Source: Myxococcales bacterium
GTDB lineage: Bacteria > Myxococcota_A > Polyangia > Polyangiales > SLQV01
Length of the DNA stretch: 52,243 bases
Reading direction: 5' to 3'
Assembly (NCBI GenBank): GCA_007124745.1
Contig: SLEO01000007.1
Coordinates: forward strand, 1-52,243
Shown here: piece by piece, positions 19,170 to 27,967 of the stretch
Numbering within the stretch: the first letter of the stretch is position 1
Layout: every line of letters starts with the position of its first letter
Program-made: the position numbers and the translations under genes
The notes under the pieces: model-generated
Seen by the model: the letters and a program-made list of their open reading frames with translations, nothing else
Told to the model about the DNA's origin: nothing
Database searches by the model: none

Positions 19170-20239
19170 TGGAAACGCTCCCGCTCCCGGCGGAGGCCAA
19201 GACCGAGCGCCACGTTGAGCTCGGAGGAGCTTTCTCGGAAGGCCTCGACATCGTTGACCTTCGCACTGAAATCAACGCCCGCGCTTGCATCGAGCAGGCG
19301 CACATCGCAGCCCGCCCGTTCAGCGATGGCACCCAGCAGACCGTAGAGCCGGCCGGAGCCTCCAGAGAGCTGGATGCTCTGCAAGCGTTTGTCGACGGCG
19401 GTCGCCAGGTAGAAATCTAGGGTCCGCTGTATTTCACCTGCGAGCTCTTCGGCGGCCTGTGCCAGGGCTTCGCGGATGGAAGGGTTCGCGACGCCGCCCG
19501 ACTCGCGCGTGCACTTGAGCCGTTCCGCTTCGTCGCGGCTGACTCCGAGCTGCCGCTGAAGGGCTTCGGTCACGCGGTCGCCGCCAGTGGTCACGTCGCG
19601 GGTGAACGCGCTTGTGCCCTCTGCGATCACGTTCAGCGTCGTGAGCGACGCACCGATGTGCACGAGAGCCGTGTGCTCACTCGCCTTAATGCCCGCCGGC
19701 AGCGTCCTTGAATACAGATTCTGCAGCGCGAACGCATCGAGATCGATCACCTTAGGCTTGAGGCGAGCCTCTGAGGCGAGATTGGAAAGATCGCGAATCT
19801 CGTCTTTCTTGGCCGCCACCAGAAGCACATCCATCTGCCCCTGGCCCGGCCGGCTGGCGAGCACTTCGTAGTCGATCTGCACCTCCGAGAGCGCGAACGG
19901 GATGTGCTGCTCCGCCTCCCAAATCGCTTGCTCCTGAAGCTCTTCGGGGCTCATCAGCGGTATCGATATTTTCTTGATGATGACGCCATGTCCGCTAACG
20001 CGAAGGGCTACTTCGCGATGCTTGCGGCCGTCGAACAAGCGCTCTAGCGCTTCAACGACCGCACCCGAGTTCATGATGTGGCCGTCGACGATGCTCTGCG
20101 CAGGCAAGCGCTCGATGCCCCAACGCACGACGCGTGGACGCTCCTTCGGGCCTCCTTCGAACTCGCACATCTTCACCGAAGAGCTGCCGATGTCGACACC
20201 CACGAGGTAGCGGCCTTCGTCTTTGTTGCGGAACCACAC
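19166..20239 (-). CDS. pilM: Type IV pilus actin-like protein PilM
   Basis: GVDIGSSSVK, EAEQHIPF, VLLVAAKK, EIQRTLDFY, LSGGSG, VALGLGLR. Confidence 0.95.
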   Translation of the reverse strand: MWFRNKDEGRYLVGVDIGSSSVKMCEFEGGPKERPRVVRWGIERLPAQSIVDGHIMNSGAVVEALERLFDGRKHREVALRVSGHGVIIKKISIPLMSPEELQEQAIWEAEQHIPFALSEVQIDYEVLASRPGQGQMDVLLVAAKKDEIRDLSNLASEARLKPKVIDLDAFALQNLYSRTLPAGIKASEHTALVHIGASLTTLNVIAEGTSAFTRDVTTGGDRVTEALQRQLGVSRDEAERLKCTRESGGVANPSIREALAQAAEELAGEIQRTLDFYLATAVDKRLQSIQLSGGSGRLYGLLGAIAERAGCDVRLLDASAGVDFSAKVNDVEAFRESSSELNVALGLGLRRERERFQ

Positions 20240-20524
20240 TGGCGAGCACCCCGACTTCTGCGGAACCCTCTCCGCTGAGAGCCACTCTATCCCAGTGAGG
20301 CGCGCGCGGTAAAGTTCACAACAACATGGAGACCTTGCGGAGAAGGGGCGACAGCAGCGGCACCGTAGGGGTTCGGCACGCGGTGCGCGGGATGCCTCCC
20401 CTACAAGGTTGTGGACCGCCGGCGTTTGTCAGCCAAAACGAGTTGCGGTAGCCTCCCGTCCGCGGCGGCGCCGCTGGCCGTCTCCAAAGCCCGAGGTCCT
20501 GGCGCGTGTGCTCGACAATCCTGA

Positions 20525-20668
20525 CAGCTCGAGCAGCATGCCTGCCAGCTCGAGCAGCATGGTTCAGCGTCCTACCAAAGCGCGGCGCTGTGAGCGTTCG
20601 GAACGCGGGCGGCCTTATCCCCTGTATGGGCATCGCCTCGACGATGTATCCTCCGACGATGTATCCTC
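20525..20668. repeat. Two short direct repeats in the pilM/LysM divergent intergenic region
   Basis: CAGCTCGAGCAGCATG at 20525 and 20546; CGACGATGTATCCTC tandem at 20639 and 20654. Confidence 0.85.
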
Positions 20669-20758
20669 CAGGGTATCCTTGAGAAAAGTTAAGTTATGCA
20701 CGCACAACACCCGAGGAAACGCCAAGCTCACCACGGTGACTTCGAGCCGAAAATAGAG

Positions 20759-22066
20759 ATGCCTGCGTCATTCATACTCCGGTTTCGCGAATACGGCGCT
20801 CTCACGCCTACCGGGCTTGCGCTGATAACGGTGGTAGGCTTGGGGATAAGCGGCACGGCCCCAAAGGCGCATGCCGAACGGATACATCAGGTCGCATCGG
20901 GGCAAACGCCCGCTCAAATTGCATCGAAATACAGCGTATCCGTCCAGAACCTGCTGGCGGCGAACTCGATGAGTCACGGGGATTTCATCCGACCGGGTCA
21001 GTCGCTGCGCGTACCGGAACGCGGCGTGGTCTTCGTGCAGTCCGGCGACAGTCTCTCCACGATTGCCAAGCGTCACGGCGTTTCGGTAGCGGCGCTGGCA
21101 AAGACCAACCGGTTAAGCGACGATTCACTGATCCAGATCGGACAGAAACTGCTCCTACCGGGGTATCAGGCCGCTCACGTTCAGCAGAAAGCCGCCAAGC
21201 GTTGGGGCGAGCCCCGCAAGCCGGGCGTCGCAAAGTTTGTACGGGTCTACCCCCAAGCGACACGCACCGTGCGCCTGGTGGATAACCGGGGCCGCACGCG
21301 GATGGCTGCACGTCGGACGCTGAAAGAGCTATTTCGCGATGGGGCATCGGGCAAGACCATGCTGCCGAATGCGCGGCTGGTGCAGTTGCTCGCACGCGTC
21401 TCCGACCACTTTGGTGGGCGCCCGATTCACATCGTTTCCGGCTATCGGAAACGAGGCGGCTATACGAGCGAAGGCAGCCGTCACACCAACGGTCGTGCCA
21501 TTGACTTTCGCATTCCAGGAGTGCCCAACAAGGAGCTTCGGGATTTTTGCCGGACGCTTCCAGGCGTTGGCGTGGGATTCTACCCCAACAGCACCTTCGT
21601 CCATCTCGATGTCCGCGACGACGGCGCATTCTGGGTGGACGTCTCTCGCCCAGGACAGAAGCCGAGCTACGTCAAGGCCAGCGACTACAAAGAACAGCTC
21701 AAGGCACAACCCTCGAACGACAGCGAAGCGGACGGCCTAAAGAACGCGAAGGCCAACGAAGCCGCGAGCGCCGCCGCCGACGAGGAAGCGCACGCAGAGG
21801 CGGCCCATCTCGATACTGGGGTGGAGGATAGCCCTTCGCGAGCGTCCAAAAGCACAGCGCCCGCCGGGGGTGCGGACGCGCTCGGGGAATCACAAGACAC
21901 CAAACCCTCCGGTTCAACAAAGCGCAACGATGCGCTTCCCGCAAAAGCGCCAGCTAAGCGCAAGAGCACACCCGACCCTATCCAGGAGCCGCCGGGCGCG
22001 CTGGAAGTCGAAGGGGACGCAACGGCCACCAATCGCGTTGATAGCCAGGCATCCGGCGCCATCTAG
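20759..22066 (+). CDS. 2xLysM + peptidase M15 (YcbK/DUF882, MepK-like) peptidoglycan hydrolase
   Basis: Signal AHA, LysM repeats (HQVASGQT..., VQSGDSLSTIAKRHGVS), IVSGYR, SRHTNGRAIDF (HxxxxxxD), GVGFYP, FVHLDVR; disordered tail. Start ATG 20759. Confidence 0.9.
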   Translation: MPASFILRFREYGALTPTGLALITVVGLGISGTAPKAHAERIHQVASGQTPAQIASKYSVSVQNLLAANSMSHGDFIRPGQSLRVPERGVVFVQSGDSLSTIAKRHGVSVAALAKTNRLSDDSLIQIGQKLLLPGYQAAHVQQKAAKRWGEPRKPGVAKFVRVYPQATRTVRLVDNRGRTRMAARRTLKELFRDGASGKTMLPNARLVQLLARVSDHFGGRPIHIVSGYRKRGGYTSEGSRHTNGRAIDFRIPGVPNKELRDFCRTLPGVGVGFYPNSTFVHLDVRDDGAFWVDVSRPGQKPSYVKASDYKEQLKAQPSNDSEADGLKNAKANEAASAAADEEAHAEAAHLDTGVEDSPSRASKSTAPAGGADALGESQDTKPSGSTKRNDALPAKAPAKRKSTPDPIQEPPGALEVEGDATATNRVDSQASGAI

Positions 22067-22133
22067 CGCGGAGGCGCTTGCGACGTCTGAACCTTTTAGG
22101 CACTGAAGCCGCGCCGAGCGCAACAACGTCGTG

Positions 22134-22460
22134 CTAGCCCGGGATGATAACGAGGTCATCGGGCTGAAGGCAGGGTGTCACGGCCGGCGCGACGATCACG
22201 CAGCGACCGCCCACGCACACATTGGCCTCACCGCCGCACTCGGGCTGCACACACTGGCCATCCTCAACACAGCGTGCGCCCTCCGGAGCCTCCGGCACCG
22301 AAAGCTGGCGAGTGGCACATGCTGCCTGAAGGAGGGCAACACCCGTCGCAAGCACGAGCCAGGGTCCAACGCGGACTAGGTGTCGGGCGAGGCTAGGTCG
22401 AGCAGCTAGGGTGCTCGCCATGCCTGCAGCGTTCGTTATTTTCCGTGTCGCTGTCATCAC
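22134..22460 (-). CDS. Small Cys-rich lipoprotein candidate
   Basis: Lipobox LQAAC followed by CVEDGQC..EC....VCVGGRC......PC. Confidence 0.55.
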   Translation of the reverse strand: MMTATRKITNAAGMASTLAARPSLARHLVRVGPWLVLATGVALLQAACATRQLSVPEAPEGARCVEDGQCVQPECGGEANVCVGGRCVIVAPAVTPCLQPDDLVIIPG

Positions 22461-22503
22461 TCAAGCCTTGAACTCCCTCTAATGCTACCCCAGCGCTCTT
22501 GTC

Positions 22504-23151
22504 ATGGCTCGGATTGTTCTACTCGGACCGTGTGGTCAGTGGCATCGCTGGGTGGCCGAAACGTTGCTGGCCGACGGCCACACCGTCACGCTTGGGGCAG
22601 TGACACGCGACGATTTGAGCCACTTCGGCGCACTACGGCTCATGCTGCGACAACCTGGACCTGAGGGATCCCTACGGGTGCAGGCTGTCGCGGCGGAGCA
22701 CCTCACCGAGCCTGACCACGACATTTCGATCATCCTTTTGTCGGTGGAGGCGGGTTGCGCTTCCGTAGCCTACCCTTCTGACGCACCGATCCTCAGAACA
22801 CACCTTACGCTGCTCTTTGCCGTCGCTGACCCGGGACCCGACGTCCTGCTTCAAGCACTCCAACCGCTCAGCCGCCGCTTCCGCGGACCGAGCGACACCC
22901 ACACGACCGTCTCGCACACTGAGACAGCTCAGAGCACCCTACTCATCGAGGGCGATTTGGCGCAGCTTGCAAGCTGGGCCGCCCCAGCGCTGCAAGCGCT
23001 GGTGACCGCGCGAGCAGACCGACTTCTTCTTCGCGTGAGTGCCGGACGCTATCTGCGCACCTTCATCGCCACCACACCGATCAAACATGCTATTAAGCCA
23101 CCCACCGCGGACGCCTTAAGCCGCGCGCTTCGGGGACCTGTAACCGTTTAG
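22504..23151 (+). CDS. Hypothetical protein with degenerate Rossmann-like N-terminus
   Basis: MARIVLLGPCGQWHRWVAETLLADGHTV resembles an eroded GxxGxxG beta-alpha-beta unit; the rest is unrecognised. Confidence 0.5.
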   Translation: MARIVLLGPCGQWHRWVAETLLADGHTVTLGAVTRDDLSHFGALRLMLRQPGPEGSLRVQAVAAEHLTEPDHDISIILLSVEAGCASVAYPSDAPILRTHLTLLFAVADPGPDVLLQALQPLSRRFRGPSDTHTTVSHTETAQSTLLIEGDLAQLASWAAPALQALVTARADRLLLRVSAGRYLRTFIATTPIKHAIKPPTADALSRALRGPVTV

Positions 23152-23198
23152 AGGGGCATTTCACAACATGCCCCCGGGTTCTCGGGAGTGAATCCCGC
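23143..23198. repeat. Dispersed double-hairpin element, copy 1
   Basis: ACCGTTTAGAGGGGCATTTCACAACATGCCCCCGGGTTCTCGGGAGTGAATCCCGC; aligns with 35591-35644. Confidence 0.85.
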
Positions 23199-23248
23199 AG
23201 CACCTTCGGAAGCAGGCACAAATAAGAAGGTGCTGCTCGGTCGAGCCG

Positions 23249-23428
23249 TCATAGAACGTCGAGAATCACGACGCCGCGCGCGTCATCGTCGTCGTCACGG
23301 CCGTGCTTCGCGGGCGCTTCGTCTTCCACGTGCTCAATGATAGGTAAATGCAGCTCAATGTGCAGCGGGGCGGATTCCCGACGCTTTTCGCGTTCTCTGA
23401 GCTGCTCGATGATGAAGGGGTGAAGCAT
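23249..23428 (-). CDS. Small 59-aa protein (below the ORF-track cutoff)
   Basis: MLHPFIIEQLREREKRRESAPLHIELHLPIIEHVEDEAPAKHGRDDDDDARGVVILDVL; AGGGAG RBS 5 nt before ATG; fills an otherwise empty gap. Confidence 0.8.
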   Translation of the reverse strand: MLHPFIIEQLREREKRRESAPLHIELHLPIIEHVEDEAPAKHGRDDDDDARGVVILDVL

Positions 23429-23491
23429 AAGTACTCCCTAGGTTTGCATACAGAAACGAATCCCCGAAAAACGATACATCGCCCTAACTCC

Positions 23492-23530
23492 AGGTTAAGC
23501 AACCTGCTGGATTAATCAAGTGCTTAACCT
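23492..23530. promoter_or_regulatory. Perfect 10-bp inverted repeat AGGTTAAGCA-N19-TGCTTAACCT, candidate operator
   Basis: AT-rich IR in the divergent region between the small ORF and rsmA. Confidence 0.45.
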
Positions 23531-23761
23531 CGCGGGGCCCTCGCGGGCTGACTCATCCTACCCGCTTCGCCGCATCGCTCGAGGTGTGACGCAGTGAAGG
23601 GGGTAGGCGATTCACCTGCTCGGTTCCCAGTAGCGAGCTAGGCTCACTTCGAGGTACTGAACAGTGGCTCTCCGTAAGTAGAGCCTGCGAGAATCAGGCC
23701 AAGTGGTCGCGGTGTGCTCGGTCCCTGGGGCCAGCTCGGTGCGTCGCGCGACTCCCCATCC

Positions 23762-24631
23762 ATGAACGCTCAAGAACGCCCGACAACGCCCCCCTGGTGG
23801 GAATCGCCCGGACAGGTGCTTAAGGCGCACCAGCTTCAGGCTCGAAAGCGCTTTTCGCAGAACTTTCTGGCGGATTGGCGGATCGTCGCGAAGATCGTCG
23901 CGCGAGCTGCCGCCTTTGAGCCAACCCACATCGTAGAGATCGGGCCGGGGCTAGGCATGCTCACCGCGGGTTTAGCCAGCCTTGACCTGCCTCTGCTCGC
24001 CCTAGATATCGATAGGAGCCTCGAAATCAGGCTTCGGGAACTTGAAGCGCGCTACGCGAATCTTACCGTGCGCTTCGCCGATGGAAGCGATTTTTCGTCT
24101 TGGCTCGCGGCGCTGGAAACGCCACCGCTGGTGGTTTCCAATCTTCCCTACGCGCTCAGTGGGCGTTTTCTGCGGGCGACGATGGACCACCACGCTGCTA
24201 TCGCTGGGGCGGTATACATGCTGCAGCGCGAAGTCGCGCTGCGGCTTATGGCGAGGGCTAAAACCCCCGACTACGGCGCCTTGAGCGTGCTGGCGCAGAG
24301 CATGTTCCACGTCAGCCCCGTGGCGACTGCGCGTGCCAGCGCATTTATTCCGCCACCTAAGGTCGACAGCATGGTGGTCGCCTTCGAACCCGTTCCCACC
24401 CTATCAGCGAGCAACTTTCCCGAACTGGTGACCCTCGTGAAGGCTGCATTCGCGCAACGGCGCAAGCTTCTCGTCTCCAATCTCAAAGACCTGGTGCCGC
24501 GACCGCTCCTGAGCGACTGGCTTGCCGCCGAAGGCTTCAGCGCCACCTGCCGGGCGGAGGAGCTAAGCCCGGAGCACTTTCAACGATTGACGCGCTTTTG
24601 CGCCAGCCAAGACCTCACGCGGAGCACCTAA
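23762..24631 (+). CDS. rsmA: 16S rRNA m6,2A1518/A1519 dimethyltransferase
   Basis: RKRFSQNFL, VEIGPGLG, LDID, VSNLPY, MLQREVA, YGALSV, FIPPPKVDS, AFAQRRK, RAEELS. Start ATG 23762. Confidence 0.95.
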   Translation: MNAQERPTTPPWWESPGQVLKAHQLQARKRFSQNFLADWRIVAKIVARAAAFEPTHIVEIGPGLGMLTAGLASLDLPLLALDIDRSLEIRLRELEARYANLTVRFADGSDFSSWLAALETPPLVVSNLPYALSGRFLRATMDHHAAIAGAVYMLQREVALRLMARAKTPDYGALSVLAQSMFHVSPVATARASAFIPPPKVDSMVVAFEPVPTLSASNFPELVTLVKAAFAQRRKLLVSNLKDLVPRPLLSDWLAAEGFSATCRAEELSPEHFQRLTRFCASQDLTRST

Positions 24632-24729
24632 AGCCCACCAGGGAGGCAGAGGGTCTACCCTGTTTCGCGCTGATAATGATCGGTAGCGGACATCTGCCAC
24701 GGTGGTTAGGCTTCCGTGTGGCCAGGCTC

Positions 24730-26103
24730 ATGTTTTCAACCCGACACGCGCGCATCCAGGTTGCCGCACTCGCGTCGGTGCTGGCGCTCGGAGAAGGGTG
24801 CGGCACGCCCTACGACCGACCCGGAACCACCGTCGTATCCTCGCGGAGCACCTCAGGTCGCGACACAGGTGCGCAGGCTTCGCAGAAGACGAGCCCGGGG
24901 GCAGCGGGTAGCGCCGAGGCGAGAAGCAATAGCGCCGACGCTGCACACGACGCGTCAGCCGTTCCCTGGGGAATCAGTGCCAGCCACCTCCCCGGAACAG
25001 GTATGCTGTCGGTGGATGAACCCGGTGCGAGGCCGGAGGACGTGCCCGCGCGTACGGATAGCGCGGGCGCCGACCCTATGTGCGTCGCCTTGATTTCCCA
25101 CACGCGCACACCCTCGGCACTTGCAAGCGACCTTCGGCGCGGCGTAGTCCTCGGTGCCGCCCGCACTCAGCGTAGGGTCGTCGAACTTTCGTTGGATTCG
25201 CAGCCGACAAGCGCGCCTCTACCTTGCGCCCTCGGCATCGGACTAAGCGATGCCGTCGCCGCTTGGCACGATTCCGCGCCCGCCTCACCCGCTTCGCGAT
25301 TCGTCGCAGTAGCCCTCAAGGAGCGCGACGGACATCGTGGTGCTTGCGGTGCCATCGAAGGAGGCGGTCACATGCCACCCTTAACGCATCTTCCCGCTGC
25401 AGCGCTGGGACCCAGATGCCGGCACGAAGCCGCACACGTGAGCGTGGTCGACCTCACGCTCGCTACGCAGCGGGGTCGCCTGCGAAGCTGCCTTGCTGAC
25501 CGGGCGGCCGCCGAGGTCAGGCGCGACCGAACCATGACGAGCGTTCGACTCGGCGACCCAACGGACCCCACCCCAGAAGTAGAGAGTGGGACCGATGGCA
25601 GGCCGCCGTTTCGAGAGCTCGTTATCGCCCCGGGCCTTTCGTCGCGAGCCCTCAGCGATGTGCTCAAGGCCGAGCGACGCCGTCACTGGGGTTGGGCGGT
25701 CCTCTTGTCTCTCCCGCCCGATATCGCGCGACTCGTCGCTGCATGGGTTGGGCAGAACGCGCAGAGCGCGCCGGCGCTCACCGTCGCGACGAGTGCGGGT
25801 CGACATCCCGAAGCCCTCGCCGCCGCAGGTGATAGCGACAGCATCACTTGGGCCTCCTCCTTCGCCCCGGCAGCCAGCCACGCGCCGGCAGCCACCTTTG
25901 TCGACGACTACGCCCGTCTCTACCAGGACCTTCCTTCGGAGTTAGCCCTTGCGGGTTGGCAGGCAGCTCAGCTCAGCGGAGGTCTATCGAATATGCCGCG
26001 TTCTTTATTGTTGCCTCTCTTCCTGTGGGAGCATGGCGCTAGCCGCGCCTCGCGCTGCGACGGAGAACGCTTTCACGCGCCCACAACGTCCTGGGGGCCC
26101 TAG
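24730..26103 (+). CDS. Divergent lipoprotein with type 1 periplasmic-binding-fold C-terminus (LpoA/LivK-like)
   Basis: Lipobox-like LGEGC; LASDLRRGVVLG; ATFVDDYARLYQDLPSELALAGWQAAQL. Confidence 0.5.
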   Translation: MFSTRHARIQVAALASVLALGEGCGTPYDRPGTTVVSSRSTSGRDTGAQASQKTSPGAAGSAEARSNSADAAHDASAVPWGISASHLPGTGMLSVDEPGARPEDVPARTDSAGADPMCVALISHTRTPSALASDLRRGVVLGAARTQRRVVELSLDSQPTSAPLPCALGIGLSDAVAAWHDSAPASPASRFVAVALKERDGHRGACGAIEGGGHMPPLTHLPAAALGPRCRHEAAHVSVVDLTLATQRGRLRSCLADRAAAEVRRDRTMTSVRLGDPTDPTPEVESGTDGRPPFRELVIAPGLSSRALSDVLKAERRRHWGWAVLLSLPPDIARLVAAWVGQNAQSAPALTVATSAGRHPEALAAAGDSDSITWASSFAPAASHAPAATFVDDYARLYQDLPSELALAGWQAAQLSGGLSNMPRSLLLPLFLWEHGASRASRCDGERFHAPTTSWGP

Positions 26104-26131
26104 CACGCAGGAGACCCACCTCGATATGTAG

Positions 26132-26503
26132 CTAGAGACTCGCGAGGAAAGCCGCCTTGATAGGCGGGACGCGACGCTGCGCTGTGGCGGACAAGGCAGA
26201 GCCTCTCGAACGCGTCATCAACCAGTAGCCTTCGCCTACTTCAAAAAAGGTGAGGCAGGCCTGCCGACTTGTGAGGCGCAGCTCCTGAAGCTTGCCACGT
26301 AGCGTCGACGCGCGGGTCGCGGCGAGGACGGCGGACAGCGGCTGCGCCGCCCATACGAGCGCTTGATCGACGGGCACCCGGCTCGCGTAGTCTACCCACT
26401 CTGCTTCGTCGTCGACGATAACGGCAGCATCGACGCGCGGGCAACAGGACACCAGCGCTTCGAGCGCATCCGTAAAGGTCGTGCGACGGTGGTCTCGTTT
26501 CAT
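26132..26503 (-). CDS. Roadblock/LC7 (MglB-like) domain protein
   Basis: FTDALEALVSCCPRVDAAVIVDDEAEWVDYA...VGEGYWLM pattern and ~120 aa size. Start ATG 26503 or GTG 26584. Confidence 0.65.
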   Translation of the reverse strand: MKRDHRRTTFTDALEALVSCCPRVDAAVIVDDEAEWVDYASRVPVDQALVWAAQPLSAVLAATRASTLRGKLQELRLTSRQACLTFFEVGEGYWLMTRSRGSALSATAQRRVPPIKAAFLASL

Positions 26504-26573
26504 CCGTAGCTCGCTCGGCAGTACGGGGGCCGCGTCGAAGCCCCCTCCCAAGGCGGATGCGCCCTCCCAAGAC

Positions 26574-27671
26574 TCAGCACGCACGGAAAGCCAGGACCGC
26601 TAGCAGCACCGCTACAACCACCACCAGTCCCAGACCTAGCAACACAACCTTGCCCGAAAGCGGTGGCGGCACAACGGCATCCTCCACGGGCCCGTCAATC
26701 CAAGAGCGCGACGCATCGAAGGCCGCAGAGGCTTCGCTCAGATGAGGCAGGCGCTGGCGAATCTCCGCAACACTGAGCTTCTCGAGGGACGCGTCCTGCA
26801 GGCTCTCAGAATCAAGCCCGCACGCCCGGGCGAAATCAAGGGCAAAGTCTGAAGCTTTCGCGTAGCGTTCGCTCTTCTCTTTCGCGAGACCCCGCTGCAG
26901 CACGGCATCAACCGCCGCCGTAACGCCGCTCGGACCCAGCGCCAGCGCTGCGGGTTGCTCTCGCAACACTTTCATCAGAATCTCTCCGACAGACTCGCCA
27001 TCAAAGGCGACACGACCGCTCAGCGCTTCATACGCAACCGCAGCGAGTGAGAAGATATCCGAGCGACCGTCGATATCTTGGCGGCCACGCGCCTGTTCCG
27101 GCGACATGTAAGCCGGGGAACCCAAGGTTGTGCCAACCCCCGTGAGCTTAGGACCCATTTCGAGCTGCATCTTGACGGAGCCAAAATCCAAGACGCGCAG
27201 ATCGTACTCTTCACCGGCAGGGCACAAGAAGATATTGGCCGGCTTAAGGTCTCGATGAATCAACCCTTGGGCGTGAGCAAAGTCGAGCGCTGAGGCCACT
27301 CGGGCCACAATCTGGATGGTGGCGGCGAGCCCTAGACGCCGGCGCTGCGCCAGTTCCAGGCTGAGTTCGCGACCGTAAAGCCGTTCCATCACCAAGAAGG
27401 GGACCCCCGCTGGTGTCTCCCCCCGTTCGAAAACGCGGATAATATGCGGATGCTTGAGACCCGCCGTCACCTCGAACTCGCGGTCGAAACGCTGCCCATT
27501 CACTGGGTCGGAAGCCAGAAAGCTGTGCATGACCTTGATGGCGACGGGGGGGGCTTCAGGGGCATCCGTCGAGCGAGCCTCATACACTGCGCCCGCGGCA
27601 CCTTCGCCGATGCGGGCAGAGAGCTTAAAACCGCCTAGCGTGCTAAATGGGAGGGTCTTTCTATCGTTCAC
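26574..27671 (-). CDS. Hanks-type Ser/Thr protein kinase with C-terminal TM anchor
   Basis: GEGAAGAVY, VAIK, HRDLKPAN, DFG, YMSPEQ, SDIFSL; hydrophobic C-terminus. Confidence 0.95.
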   Translation of the reverse strand: MNDRKTLPFSTLGGFKLSARIGEGAAGAVYEARSTDAPEAPPVAIKVMHSFLASDPVNGQRFDREFEVTAGLKHPHIIRVFERGETPAGVPFLVMERLYGRELSLELAQRRRLGLAATIQIVARVASALDFAHAQGLIHRDLKPANIFLCPAGEEYDLRVLDFGSVKMQLEMGPKLTGVGTTLGSPAYMSPEQARGRQDIDGRSDIFSLAAVAYEALSGRVAFDGESVGEILMKVLREQPAALALGPSGVTAAVDAVLQRGLAKEKSERYAKASDFALDFARACGLDSESLQDASLEKLSVAEIRQRLPHLSEASAAFDASRSWIDGPVEDAVVPPPLSGKVVLLGLGLVVVVAVLLAVLAFRAC

Positions 27672-27967
27672 GAGGGCGCCCTCAGACTACAGTTGCGGTG
27701 CATCCCAATACCTTGGTTACGCGCGGCATCTTCGCACGACCTACCACACCGGCTACCACACCGGCGAATCGTGTCGGCGGGAAGAATCAGCGTATGATGC
27801 GTCAGAGAGCACATAAGGTTGGCACAAGCTTCCGCACCTACGCGGCACGCTTCAAAAAGTAGCCGAATACTCGCTCCCAAGCCAGGCCCGACGCGAGGCC
27901 CACCGCGCCGCGCGACTAGGGGACTAGGATGCGCCTCGAAGCACCTTGAGCACTCGCTGCTCAAGAT

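Noticed and set aside
23266-23502. 78-aa ORF from the track
   Set aside because: TTG start and implausible composition; the 59-aa ORF in another frame has an ATG and a clear RBS.
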